A stretch of 45,384 nucleotides of DNA from Candidatus Methylomirabilia bacterium (GCA_041496385.1 JBGQEL010000026.1:1-45384); one strand, 5' to 3'. Shown: positions 1 to 15,012, counted from the stretch's first letter. Notes: a model not told the origin generated them from the sequence alone. A program made the numbers and translations.

Positions 1-1
1 C

Positions 2-1189
2 GACGGCAGCACGGTCGCGTTCCACGCCACGACGGACGCGGCAGCGCTGACGCCGGGGCACGTGTACACGACGGCGGGGACGTACACGGTGACGGTGCGG
101 GTGCGGGACGACGACGGGGGCGTGGGGACGGCGAGCGCCAAGGTGGTGATCGGGGCGGTGGTGCTGGAGCCGGACATCTGCGAGCCGGGGAAGACGGAGC
201 TGGTGGTCTTCGGCACGGCGGGGAATGACACGATCCGGATCGTGCCGGTAGCGGTGAAGGACCACGACGACGACCACGAGCGGGACGACCACGACCGCGG
301 CGAGCACGACACGAGCGACCACGACAAAGACAGCCGCGGCAAGGACGCGCGCGACAAGGGTCACGACGAGGACGGCCGGAGCCGGGACCACGACGACGAC
401 CGGGACGGGCACGGCGCGGGCGCAGTCGAGGTCTGGCTCAACGGCAAGTCGCTCGGCGTCTTCCACCCGACGGGGCGTGTGGTGGTGTACGGGCTCGCGG
501 GGAACGACGACATCGAGATGGCGGCGAGCCTGACGCTGACGGCGGAGTTCTACGGGGGAGCGGGGAACGACCGGCTACAGGGGGCCAAGGGCGACGACCT
601 GTTGGTGGGCGGCGCCGGGGACGACCAGCTGAACGGCGGGGGCGGCGGGCGCGACATCCTGATCGGGGGCGCCGGCGCGGACCGGCTGGTGGGCGGTCCC
701 GGGGACACGATCCTGATCGGCGGGGCGACCATCTACGACGACGACCGTCGGGCGCTGTGCGCGCTCACGGACGAGTGGGTGCGGGAGTGCGTGAGCTACA
801 CGACACGGGTGGAGCACCTGCAGAACGGCGGGGGGCTGAACGGGAGTATCAGGCTGAACGCGGGGACGGTGAAGAACGACGGGGCGGTGGACACGCTGAC
901 GGGGGGTGCGGGGCAGGACTGGTTCATCGCGGAGACGCGAGACAAGCTGACTGACCGGCAGCCATCGGAGCGCGTGCTCTACACGGACGGGCCGGCGCCG
1001 AAGCCGGAGCCGGCGTGCGGGCCGAAGGGCAAGCCGGAGATCGACTGGGCCGACCACGACCGGGACGACCGGGGGCGGGAGGTGACGAAGAGCAACGCGT
1101 GGGTGAGCGACTTCGTGAAGGACCTGGCGACGCCGAACCCGAACCGTGACTTCAAGCTCGACCTGCCGCTCGCCGGCGCCCACCGCTGA
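2..1189 (+). CDS. C-terminal part of a large secreted PKD-domain / RTX (hemolysin-type Ca-binding repeat) protein, 5' truncated
   Basis: Frame is open from base 2 (DGSTVAF...HVYTTAGTYTVTVRVRDDDGG, PKD-like). Several GGxGxDxLx nonapeptides (GGAGNDRLQ, GGAGDDQLN, GGAGADRLV, GGAGQDWF). His/Asp-rich insert. Confidence 0.8.
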   Translation, partial: DGSTVAFHATTDAAALTPGHVYTTAGTYTVTVRVRDDDGGVGTASAKVVIGAVVLEPDICEPGKTELVVFGTAGNDTIRIVPVAVKDHDDDHERDDHDRGEHDTSDHDKDSRGKDARDKGHDEDGRSRDHDDDRDGHGAGAVEVWLNGKSLGVFHPTGRVVVYGLAGNDDIEMAASLTLTAEFYGGAGNDRLQGAKGDDLLVGGAGDDQLNGGGGGRDILIGGAGADRLVGGPGDTILIGGATIYDDDRRALCALTDEWVRECVSYTTRVEHLQNGGGLNGSIRLNAGTVKNDGAVDTLTGGAGQDWFIAETRDKLTDRQPSERVLYTDGPAPKPEPACGPKGKPEIDWADHDRDDRGREVTKSNAWVSDFVKDLATPNPNRDFKLDLPLAGAHR

Positions 1190-1220
1190 TCGTGATGTCA
1201 GCTCATCCGCCTCCCGGCGC

Positions 1221-1904
1221 TCAGTAGGTTCCCGGGCGGACCTTCTTGTAGAGCTCCTTCAGCCCGTCCGCCGAGAAGGTCTTTGCCTGGCAGAACGAGA
1301 TGATCGTTCGCTCGTCGGCCTCGACCTGGCGGACGGCGTCGGGGACGCGCGCGGCGATGTCGGCCGGGATGGTCACCGCGCCGTGCTGGTCGGCGTGGAC
1401 GAGGTCGCCGGGCTTCACCCAGAGCCCACCGAGCTTCACGGGGATGCCGAAGTCCACCATGTGGACGTACGCGTGGGAGACCGACACGTGCGCCGCGGCG
1501 AACTGGAAGCCGAGCGCGCGCACCTCGTCGAGGTCGCGCACCGAGCCGTCCGTGATCACGCCCACGCAGCCGAGCGCCTTGTGGATGTTGGCCTGGACCT
1601 CGCCCCACTGCGCGCCCTGGCCGCGCGGCTCGTCGAGGTCGTGGACCACGACCACGCGCGGCGCGGGGATCGAGAGGACGTAGTCCCACCAGCCGAAGGT
1701 GGAGGCGCGATGGCCCTGGATGGGCGCGGGCTCGGCGCGGATGAGCGCGGTCACCGCGTGGCCGACGAGCGGGCCGAGCTCGGGGAAGAGGGTGCGGATC
1801 TCCGAGGACATGTTGCCCTGGTTCCGCGGGCGGACGTTGAACGTCTCGATGCCGTTGGCGATGCTCGGGCTCGAGATCTTCCGGAGGGCGTCGATCGCAT
1901 CCAT
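1221..1904 (-). CDS. RraA-like / HMG-CHA aldolase family protein
   Basis: MDAIDALRKISSPSIANGIE...WGEVQA...GVITDGSVRDLDE...VKPGDLVHADQHGAVTIP. ATG at 1904 overlaps the upstream stop (TGATG). Confidence 0.8.
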   Translation of the reverse strand: MDAIDALRKISSPSIANGIETFNVRPRNQGNMSSEIRTLFPELGPLVGHAVTALIRAEPAPIQGHRASTFGWWDYVLSIPAPRVVVVHDLDEPRGQGAQWGEVQANIHKALGCVGVITDGSVRDLDEVRALGFQFAAAHVSVSHAYVHMVDFGIPVKLGGLWVKPGDLVHADQHGAVTIPADIAARVPDAVRQVEADERTIISFCQAKTFSADGLKELYKKVRPGTY

Positions 1905-2554
1905 CAGGTCGTGTCCTTTCCACGCTGGATCAGCAGGCGCCTGAGCGTCTCGATGGTCTCGGCGACCGACGAGAGGTTCGGGTTCACGGCGAGCGCGCGC
2001 TCGAGGTACTCGAGGGCGCGGGCGGGCTGGTCGAGCTGCAGATAGATCATGCCGTAGCCCGAGAGGGCGCCGAAGTGGTGGGGGTTGCGTTTCATCACCT
2101 CGTCGCAGTCGGCCAGCGATTTCTGGTACTCGCCCATCAGGTAGTAGACCGTCGCGCGCTTGTTCCACCCTTCGGCGAACTCCGGCTTCCGCTCGATCAC
2201 GCGCGTGAGAGTCTCGACGGCCGCGTCGCCCTGGCGCGCGCCGATCTGCTCGATACCGATCGCCAGGAGCCGGTCCACTTCCCCGTCGCCCGAGCGGCTC
2301 CACACCTGCCAGAGGCTGCTCTCGGCGAGCGCGCGGACGAGCGGGTCCTGATCGCGCAGCGCCTGGACGAGGGCCGGCACGTCGTCCATGCGTCCGTTCT
2401 GCCCGAGGACCAGGGCGGCCCGGCGGCGGATCTCGACGTCGTGGGGGGACACCAGCGCCTCGAGCGCCTCGTCGCGTGTCGGCTGCGCGGCGGCGCGCGG
2501 CGCGACGGCGGCGATGGCGAGCGCGAGGGCGAGCGCCAGGGCCGCCGTCCTCAC
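1904..2554 (-). CDS. Exported HEAT-repeat + TPR protein
   Basis: Signal-like N-terminus, HEAT segment (LVQALRDQDPLVRALAESSL), TPRs (PEFAEGWNKRATVYY, HFGALSGYGMIY). GTGA overlap with the Kelch gene. Confidence 0.75.
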   Translation of the reverse strand: MRTAALALALALAIAAVAPRAAAQPTRDEALEALVSPHDVEIRRRAALVLGQNGRMDDVPALVQALRDQDPLVRALAESSLWQVWSRSGDGEVDRLLAIGIEQIGARQGDAAVETLTRVIERKPEFAEGWNKRATVYYLMGEYQKSLADCDEVMKRNPHHFGALSGYGMIYLQLDQPARALEYLERALAVNPNLSSVAETIETLRRLLIQRGKDTT

Positions 2555-3509
2555 GGAGTGTACGCCTCGGTCACGCCCGTCCGCGCGAAGCCCGGCTCGG
2601 TCGCGCCGCCGGCCGCGTAGATCCGGTCGCCGATCGCGGCGGCGCCGACGCCGTGGCGCGGCGTCGGCATGGGATCCTTGCCGATCCAGCGGTTGCCCGC
2701 GACCTCGAACATCTCGTTGGCGCTGAAGATGCGGAGCGGCGCCTCGCCGCCGAAGACGAAGACGCGGGGGCCGATGGCCGCGGCGGCCAGGCCGCCGCGG
2801 CCGGTCGGGAGCGGGACGCCCGCGTACCAGCTGTCGGTCGCGGGCTCGTAGATCTCGACCGCCGTGTGCTGCTTGCCCACGAATGAGTCGCGCCCGCCGA
2901 TGGCCCAGAGACGTCCCTGGAAGGCGACGGCCGCCAGATGGTCGCGCGGCGTCGGCATGGGCGGCCCCTCCGACCAGCGGTCGGCCGCCGGGTCGTAGAC
3001 CTCGTGAGCCCCGCTCACACGGTCGCCGCTGCCGCCGACGGCGTGGAGCCGGCCGCCGAGCGCCACCAGCGCCAGGCCGCCGCGCGGCGTGCGCAGGGGC
3101 GCGCGCGTGGACCACGACTTGCGCGCCTCGTCGTACTCGTAGAGCGTGGCGAGCGGCGTCCAGCTCACGCGTCCGGAGTAGCCACCGACGACGAAGAGCC
3201 GGCCGTCGACGACCGCCGCGGCGGCGTGATGCGTCGGCGCGGGCAGCGGCGCCCACGTCTCCCAGCGGTCGGCCGCCGGATCGTAGACCTCGACGGTGGC
3301 GACGGGTTCGGCGTTCGCGCCGAAGCCCCCGACGACGACGAGGCGGCCCTTGTGCGCGGCGGCCGCGACCTCCTGCCTCGCCGTGGGCATCGGCGCCAGC
3401 GCGGTCCAGCCTCCCGGGCTCTTGATGTCGACCGGCGCCGACGAATCCGTGGCCCGGCCGAGGCAGGCGGCGAGGGCCAGCGCGGCGACGGCCGGCCAGA
3501 GGCGCCGCA

Positions 3510-3510
<1 letters not shown>
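2551..3510 (-). CDS. Kelch-repeat beta-propeller protein, possible lipoprotein
   Basis: About six Kelch repeats (GG...VEVYDP...W...PMPTPR). N-terminal LAAC lipobox-like motif. Confidence 0.8.
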
Positions 3511-7146
<3,636 letters not shown>

Positions 7147-7155
7147 CCGGCGGTG

Positions 7156-8166
7156 TTACTTGTAGCCGGCTCGGTCGGCCACCCGCAAGGCCGCGGCCTG
7201 GAACTCGCCCGCCGCCGCGACGTTGACGTCGTCCTGCTTGAACTTGCCCCACTTCAGGACGACCGGATTCACCGCCGCCTGCGGGTTCGCGGGATACTCG
7301 AAGTTCGCGTCGGCGAACATCTGCTGCGCCTCGGGGCTCGACAGGAACTCGAGCAGCTTGACGGCGTTGGCCCGATTCTTCGCGTGCGCCGTGACGCCCG
7401 CGCCCGAGATGTTCACGTGCGCCCCGGTCGTCTGCTGGTTGGCCCAGAAGGCGGCCACCGGGAAGGCCGGATCCTTGGCCAGGATGCGGCCGAGATAGTA
7501 CGTGTTCGTGACGCCGACGTCGCACTGGCCGGCCGCGATCGCCTCGAGGATCTTCGTGTCGCTGTTGATGAGCACCGGCTGGTTCGCGACCCAGCCGCGC
7601 GCGATCGCCTCGGTCTTCTCCTCACCCAGGCGCTTCACCATGGTGGCCAGGAGCGACTGGTTGTACACGTGACTCGAGGTACGGAGGCAGAGGCGCCCCT
7701 TCCACTTGGCGTCGCCGAGGGCCTCGTAGGTCGAGAGCTCGGCCGGCGACACCTTCTTCGAGTTGTACATGATCGTGCGCGCGCGCGTGGTGAGGCCGAA
7801 CCACCGGTGCTCCGGGTCGCGGAGGTGCGCCGGGATGTTCTGCAGGAGCTCGGGCGCGTCCACCTTGGAGAGCAGCCCGGCCCGCGACGCGTTCCAGAGG
7901 TACCCCGCGTCCACGGTGATCAGCATGTCGGCGGGGGTCCGATCGCCCTCCGCGCGGAGGCGCTCGAAGAGCTCCGGCGCGTTGCCGCCGAAGGTCCGTA
8001 TCTGGATGCCGGTCTTTTTCGTGAAGGCGTCGAACGCGGGCTCCTGGTTGTAGTGCGACCGGGCGGAATAGATGACGACCTCGCCGGGCTGCGCGCCCCC
8101 GGGGGAGGGCACCAGTGCGGCGAACGCCGCGACGAGCGCGGCGCCGAGGAACCGGGTCGTGGGCAT
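7156..8166 (-). CDS. Fe3+ ABC transporter substrate-binding protein (FutA/FbpA type)
   Basis: YSARSHY, ITVDAG, YNQSL, NTYY Tyr pair, HVNISGAG, NFEYP; signal peptide. Confidence 0.92.
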   Translation of the reverse strand: MPTTRFLGAALVAAFAALVPSPGGAQPGEVVIYSARSHYNQEPAFDAFTKKTGIQIRTFGGNAPELFERLRAEGDRTPADMLITVDAGYLWNASRAGLLSKVDAPELLQNIPAHLRDPEHRWFGLTTRARTIMYNSKKVSPAELSTYEALGDAKWKGRLCLRTSSHVYNQSLLATMVKRLGEEKTEAIARGWVANQPVLINSDTKILEAIAAGQCDVGVTNTYYLGRILAKDPAFPVAAFWANQQTTGAHVNISGAGVTAHAKNRANAVKLLEFLSSPEAQQMFADANFEYPANPQAAVNPVVLKWGKFKQDDVNVAAAGEFQAAALRVADRAGYK

Positions 8167-8194
8167 GGCTGTTCCTTTCTTGCCACCCGAAGTC

Positions 8195-8224
8195 TTGCCG
8201 CCCGCAGCGGACTGACGCTATACT
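8195..8224 (+). promoter_or_regulatory. Putative sigma70 promoter of the DtxR/MntR gene
   Basis: TTGCCG (8195-8200), 18 bp, TATACT (8219-8224). Confidence 0.55.
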
Positions 8225-8249
8225 TGGCTCGCCCCCAGCGGCGGAGGTC

Positions 8250-8263
8250 TTAGGGTCACCTAA
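8250..8263. promoter_or_regulatory. Putative DtxR/MntR/SirR-family operator
   Basis: TTAGG-GTCA-CCTAA inverted repeat in an AT-rich patch between the divergent iron-binding-protein and regulator genes. Confidence 0.75.
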
Positions 8264-8264
8264 T

Positions 8265-8972
8265 ATGAAGAAATCGTCAAGCCTAAAATCGGGCCAGGGA
8301 TCGCGCGACACCACCGCGTCCGTCCAGGACTACCTGGCGGCCATCTACGACCTCGGCTCGAGCGGCCGGCCCGTCATCGGCGCCCGGCTCGCCAAGCACA
8401 TGGGCATCTCCGCGCCCGCGGTCACCGAGGCGATGCAGCGCATCATGCGTGGCGGCTACGTCAAGGTCGGCCGGGGCAAGGAGTTCGGCCTCACCCCGAA
8501 GGGACGGCAGATCGCCGAGGTCATGGCGCGCCGTCACCGGCTCCTCGAGCGCTGGCTCACGGACATCCTGGGGCTGGACTGGACCCAGGCCCACGAGGAA
8601 GCCCACCGGCTCGAACACGCGATCTCGCCGCGCGTCGAGGCCCGCCTGGCCGAGCTGCTCGGCATGCCGAGCACCTGCCCCCACGGCAACCCGATCCCGG
8701 GGATGGCGAAGCCCTCGCGCGTCGAGCCGTTCCCGCTCGCGCAGGCGAAGGAGGGCACGACCGTGGTGGTCGAGCGGATCACCGAGGAGGCCGAGGCGGA
8801 CCGGAAGCTGCTCGAGCACCTCTGGAAACACGACGTGCGCCCGGGCCGGCGCTTCAAGATCACCGAGGTGGCGCTGCCGGCGGAGACCATCACCGCGGCG
8901 AGCGAGGGCCAGACGATCACGCTCGGGCTGCGCGCGGCGGCGAAGATCTGGGTCTACCTGGCGGCGGCATGA
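8265..8972 (+). CDS. DtxR/MntR family metal-dependent transcriptional repressor with FeoA-like C-terminal domain
   Basis: DYLAAIY, ISAPAVT HTH, RHRLLERWL, HEEAHRLEH, TCPHGNPIP. Confidence 0.93.
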   Translation: MKKSSSLKSGQGSRDTTASVQDYLAAIYDLGSSGRPVIGARLAKHMGISAPAVTEAMQRIMRGGYVKVGRGKEFGLTPKGRQIAEVMARRHRLLERWLTDILGLDWTQAHEEAHRLEHAISPRVEARLAELLGMPSTCPHGNPIPGMAKPSRVEPFPLAQAKEGTTVVVERITEEAEADRKLLEHLWKHDVRPGRRFKITEVALPAETITAASEGQTITLGLRAAAKIWVYLAAA

Positions 8973-9322
8973 AGGCGCTTCTCTGGCTCCTCCTCGCGAT
9001 CGGGCTCGTCTACGGCTTCTACTCGGGCGCGGTCGCCGTCTACGAGTACATGCAGGTCAAGGACGTCGTCGAGGAGTCGGTGCAGGAGCGCTCGCGGCTC
9101 GACCGGTACGAGCGTCCGGGCCGCGTGAAGGACGACATCCTCAGGAAGTCCTCCGCCGCGGGGATCAACCTCGAGGAGCGGGACGTGATGGTCACCGAGG
9201 AAAATTCGGTGCTGCGCGTGCTCATCCGCTGGACCCGCCCGGTCATCGTGTACAACAACGAGGCCTACGTGTCGATCCCGATCTCGTACGACAGGTCGTT
9301 CAACCCGGGCGGCGCGCGCTAG
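8969..9322 (+). CDS. Small membrane-anchored protein, DUF4845-like
   Basis: N-terminal TM helix then a small alpha/beta domain; ATGA overlap with the regulator; host-like codon usage. Confidence 0.55.
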   Translation: MKALLWLLLAIGLVYGFYSGAVAVYEYMQVKDVVEESVQERSRLDRYERPGRVKDDILRKSSAAGINLEERDVMVTEENSVLRVLIRWTRPVIVYNNEAYVSIPISYDRSFNPGGAR

Positions 9323-10213
9323 TCAGCGCCCCGCGCGGGCGTTCTGGATCAGCGCCGCGACGCGCTGGCGGTCTTCTCCCGGCGGCGCGACGGCCAGGAA
9401 CTTCTCCCACGACCTGATCGCGCCCGCGACGTCCTTCTTGGCATCGTAGAGCACCTGGCCCCGATAGAGCAGCGCCGGCGGATATTTCGGATCGATCGCA
9501 AGCGCCTTGTCGAAGGTCTCGAGCGCGGAGTCCGCGTGGCCGCCGATGGCGACGATGAGCCCGAGGTGCGTCAGGGCGTCGACGTTCTTCGGATCGCGCT
9601 TGAGGATCGCCTGATACGCCTGGATCGCCTCGCCGTAGCGCCCCGCGAAGAGGCTCTGGCGCGCGGCGCTCAGCATGCCCTGGAGGATCTCGGGCGTCAT
9701 CCGGCGCGGGGCGCCGGCGCCCGGCTCGGGCCCGAGCGTCGCGAGCGGGCGCGAGCCCGGCATGGCCGCCGCCGGCCCGTCTGGCGCGGTGTGGCGCATG
9801 ATGCCGGCGCCGAGCACGACCCCGAACGCCATGAGCAGGACGGCGGCGGCGCCGAGCGCGACGGGATGACGCCAGGCCGAGCGGGCGGGCGGCGCGACCT
9901 CGGCCGGCGGCGTGCGCGCGGGCGCCGTGGGGCCCAGGCGATCGAGCTCGGTGAGCACCTCAGCCGCCTCGCCCTCGTAGCGGGCGCGCAGCCCGGCGTA
10001 GTCCTCGTCCGAGATGTGCCCGGCGTCGTGCTCGAAGGCGAGCTCGCGCAGCGCCGCGAGCGCGGCGCGCTTCTCCTCCTCGAGCTGCTGACGGCGGTCG
10101 GGCGGGAGCGGTAGCAGCGCGCCCGCCTGCGCCCGGCGGCCGAAGAGCGGCCAGAGCGCGAAGGCCAGCGCGGGCAGGCCGATCGCCAGGACCGACACGA
10201 GCGTCGCCGTCAC
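9323..10213 (-). CDS. ccmI: Cytochrome c maturation TPR protein (CcmI/CycH-like)
   Basis: TM helix, LRELAFEHDAGHISDEDYAGLRARY, second TM, C-terminal TPRs. GTGA overlap with ccmH. Confidence 0.75.
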   Translation of the reverse strand: MTATLVSVLAIGLPALAFALWPLFGRRAQAGALLPLPPDRRQQLEEEKRAALAALRELAFEHDAGHISDEDYAGLRARYEGEAAEVLTELDRLGPTAPARTPPAEVAPPARSAWRHPVALGAAAVLLMAFGVVLGAGIMRHTAPDGPAAAMPGSRPLATLGPEPGAGAPRRMTPEILQGMLSAARQSLFAGRYGEAIQAYQAILKRDPKNVDALTHLGLIVAIGGHADSALETFDKALAIDPKYPPALLYRGQVLYDAKKDVAGAIRSWEKFLAVAPPGEDRQRVAALIQNARAGR

Positions 10214-10674
10214 GGCTCGCGCTCCACCTCGCGCCGGATGCGCTCCCGCATCGCCGCGTCCACGCCCGCGCCCGCGGCCGGCGCGCCCGACGGCCGCCGC
10301 GTCCAGCGCACCAGGAGCAGACCCGCGAGCGCCAGGCCCGCGAGGGCGGCGACCGCGGGCACGACCCAGACGAGCAGCGTGAACCCGTGGCGCGGCGGCG
10401 AGAGCAGGATCCACTCGCCGTAGCGGTCGACGAAGTACCGGACGACCTGCTCGGGTGTCTGGCCGGCCTCCAGCCGCTCGCGGACGATCGCGCGCATCTG
10501 GCCCGCCATCTCCGAGGGCGAGTCGGCGACGGAGAGGTTCTGGCAGACGACGCACCGGAGTTGCGTGGCCACCTCGTGCACCTGCTGCTCGCCGGCCCGC
10601 GGCGCCTGCGCCGCCGCCGTTGCGGCGGCGGCGAGGAGCAGCGCCAGCCCGAGGGCGCCGCGCCGCGCGCTCAT
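10210..10674 (-). CDS. ccmH: Cytochrome c biogenesis protein CcmH
   Basis: LRCVVCQNLSVADS, RYGEWILLSPP. Confidence 0.92.
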   Translation of the reverse strand: MSARRGALGLALLLAAAATAAAQAPRAGEQQVHEVATQLRCVVCQNLSVADSPSEMAGQMRAIVRERLEAGQTPEQVVRYFVDRYGEWILLSPPRHGFTLLVWVVPAVAALAGLALAGLLLVRWTRRPSGAPAAGAGVDAAMRERIRREVEREP

Positions 10675-11203
10675 CCGGTCGTGTCCGCGAGGAGCTTCTC
10701 GACGTTCGTGCGGAAGGCCTCGTCGGTGACTGCGCCCACGTGCTTGGCGCGGATCCGCCCCTGCCGGTCGATGAAGAAGGTCTCCGGCACGCCGTAGACG
10801 CCGTAGTCCACCGACACCTTGCCCGCCGTGTCCCGGCCGTTCGGGAAGGAGAGGCCGAATTCGCGGACGAAGGTCCGCGCCGCCTCGTCCCGATCCTGGA
10901 TGTCCACGCCGATCACGACGAGACCGCGCTCGCGGTAGGTCCGCCACTGGCGCTCGAGCACCGGCGCCTCCTCGTAGCAGGCCGGACGGCACCAGGACGC
11001 CCAGAAGTTCAGGACGACGACCTTCCCGCGCTGCGCCTCGAGCGCGAAGGGCGCGCCCTCGAACGTCTGCAGCGCGAAGCCGGGCGCCGGCCGGCCGACG
11101 AGCGGGGAGGGGATCTCGTGCGGGTTCACGCGGAAGCCGTAGGCGAGGAGCGCGAGGAGGGGCACCACCGAGAGCGGGAGGAGCCAGCGCACGGGCCGCC
11201 GCG

Positions 11204-11207
<4 letters not shown>
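10671..11207 (-). CDS. ccmG: CcmG/DsbE thiol-disulfide oxidoreductase (TlpA family)
   Basis: PSPLVGRPAP, NFWASWCRPAC, YGVYGVPETFFID; position in the ccm operon. Confidence 0.88.
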
Positions 11208-13143
<1,936 letters not shown>

Positions 13144-13147
<4 letters not shown>

Positions 13148-13584
13148 CGCCCGTCGCTCTTGAGTGTCCGCATGAGCTCCTTGTAACCCGGCTGGCCTCC
13201 GTCGTGCGGCGCCTTGTACTCCTCGGAGTGCTTGGCCAGGATGAGGCTGGCCTTGAAGTAGCCCTCGGCGGTCCAGCTGCCCTCGACGACGGCGCCCCGG
13301 CGCTCGCCGAAGAGGTCGGGTGGGCTCCCCTTGTGGCGCACCGGGACAGTCGTCTTGCCGTCCCCGAGGGCGAAGCTGAGGTCGAGCGTGCGCGGCTCCC
13401 ACCGGAGCGAGCCGGCCTCGACCATCCCGCCGAGGCGATAGGCCTTGCCGGCCACCGGTGCCGCGCGGAGCTCGCTCGGCGTGACGAAGTAGACGGCGGA
13501 CTGGGTCACGCCGGCGTAGATCATGTAGCCGAGCGCCGCGGCGATCACCGCGCCCCCGACGACGAACTTCGCGTGCCGCCTCAT
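13144..13584 (-). CDS. ccmE: Heme chaperone CcmE
   Basis: RLGGMV, PDLF, AKHSEEY (HxxxY). Confidence 0.93.
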
Positions 13585-13691
13585 TTCCGCTCCAGGTCCC
13601 GCTCTTTTCGCGCGAGGCGCCGCCAGTAGCCGATGAGCACCGCGGCGGCGAGTCCGTAGGCGGCGAGCACGAAGCCCCAGTTGTCCGGCAT
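13581..13691 (-). CDS. ccmD: Heme exporter protein CcmD (36 aa)
   Basis: MPDNWGFVLAAYGLAAAVLIGYWRRLARKERDLERK; lies between ccmC and ccmE with overlapping start/stop codons. Confidence 0.85.
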   Translation of the reverse strand: MPDNWGFVLAAYGLAAAVLIGYWRRLARKERDLERK

Positions 13692-14338
13692 CAGCGCGCC
13701 GCCTCCGCCTCGAGCCCGAGCAGGCGCACGCGCCGCCCGAGGAAATAGAGGTAGAGGAGCGAGAACGCCGCGAAGTTCACCAGCAGCGCCGCGACGATCA
13801 CCGGCGGCATGCTGCTCCCGCCCGGCTTCATCAGCGAGGGCGGCTGGTGCAGCGTCCGCCACCAGTACACCGAGAAGTGCACGAGCGGGATGTTCAGCGC
13901 CGCGACCACGCCGAGCACGGCCGCAGAGCGGGCCGCGCGCTCGCGCTCGTCGATCATCCCCCGGAGCAGGAGGTAGCCGACATACATCACGAACAGGATC
14001 GCGACGCTGGTGAGGCGGGCGTCCCACGTCCACCACGTGCCCCAGGTCGGCTTCCCCCAGATCGAGCCCGTCGCGATCGTGAGGCCCGTGAAGAGAACGC
14101 CGAGCTCGGCCGAGGCGTGGGCGAGGCGGTCGGCGGCCTCGGCGCGCCGGGCGAGATAGACGACGGAGGCGACGAACACGACGGCGAAGGCCAGATAGGC
14201 GACCCAGACGCTCGGCACGTGGAGGTACATGATGCGCTGGACGTTGCCCTGCGTCGCCTCGCGCGGCGCCACGCCGAAGGCCATCACCAGACCCGCGAGG
14301 AGACCCGCCGCCGCCAGCCCGCCGAGCGCTCTGGTCAT
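13691..14338 (-). CDS. ccmC: Heme exporter CcmC
   Basis: RIMYLHVP, WGKPTWGTWWTWDARLT, WWRTLHQ. Confidence 0.95.
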   Translation of the reverse strand: MTRALGGLAAAGLLAGLVMAFGVAPREATQGNVQRIMYLHVPSVWVAYLAFAVVFVASVVYLARRAEAADRLAHASAELGVLFTGLTIATGSIWGKPTWGTWWTWDARLTSVAILFVMYVGYLLLRGMIDERERAARSAAVLGVVAALNIPLVHFSVYWWRTLHQPPSLMKPGGSSMPPVIVAALLVNFAAFSLLYLYFLGRRVRLLGLEAEAAR

Positions 14339-15012
14339 GACTCGAGCAGGACGTCGAAGGTGAGCACCCCCGTGACCACGTAGACCACGTCGGCCGCGAC
14401 GAGGAGCTTCAGCCAGTGGGCGACCGCCGAGAGCGGCTCCCCGAGGAGCACGGCCTCGGTGGCCTTCACCGTCGCGAGCAGGACGGGCACCTGGACGGGC
14501 AGCAGCAGGACGGGGAAGAGCAGCTCGCGCGCGCGCACCTGGGCCGTCATGGCCGCGAAGAGCGTGCCGACGGCCGCGAGGCCGAGCGTGCCGAGCGCCA
14601 CGACCAGCGCGAGGCCGGGCAGGGCGGGGACCAGATCGACGTTGAAGAAGACGGTGAACAGGGCGAGGAGCAGAACCTCGACGGTGAGCATGAGGAGCAG
14701 GTTCCCCGCGAGCTTCCCGACGTAGATCGCCGACTTGTCGCCCGGTACCAGGACGAGCGCATCCCAGCAGTCGTTCTCGCGCTCGAGCACGAACGTCCGC
14801 CCGAGGCCCAGCAGCCCGGCGAGCACGAAGCCGAGCCAGAGAATGCCGGGCAGGGCCGCGGCGAGCCGCTCGCGGTCGGGCCCGAGCGCGAACTGGAAGA
14901 CGAAGAGCAGCAGGAGCGAGAAGAACACGAGCGCGTTGAGCGTCTCCTTCGAGCGCCGCTCCACGAGGAGGTCCTTCCATACGACCGCCCACGCGCGCCG
15001 GGCGTAGATCAG
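14335..15012 (-). CDS. ccmB: Heme exporter CcmB (probable CTG start at 15012)
   Basis: WKDLLVERRS, F.LERENDCWDAL, RELLFPVLLLP. The conserved N-terminus extends upstream of the GTG at 14964. Confidence 0.9.
   Translation of the reverse strand: MIYARRAWAVVWKDLLVERRSKETLNALVFFSLLLLFVFQFALGPDRERLAAALPGILWLGFVLAGLLGLGRTFVLERENDCWDALVLVPGDKSAIYVGKLAGNLLLMLTVEVLLLALFTVFFNVDLVPALPGLALVVALGTLGLAAVGTLFAAMTAQVRARELLFPVLLLPVQVPVLLATVKATEAVLLGEPLSAVAHWLKLLVAADVVYVVTGVLTFDVLLES

Noticed and set aside
8252..8280. Minus-strand TTGACG as the -35 of the iron-transporter promoter
   Set aside because: No acceptable -10 hexamer at 16-18 bp spacing.
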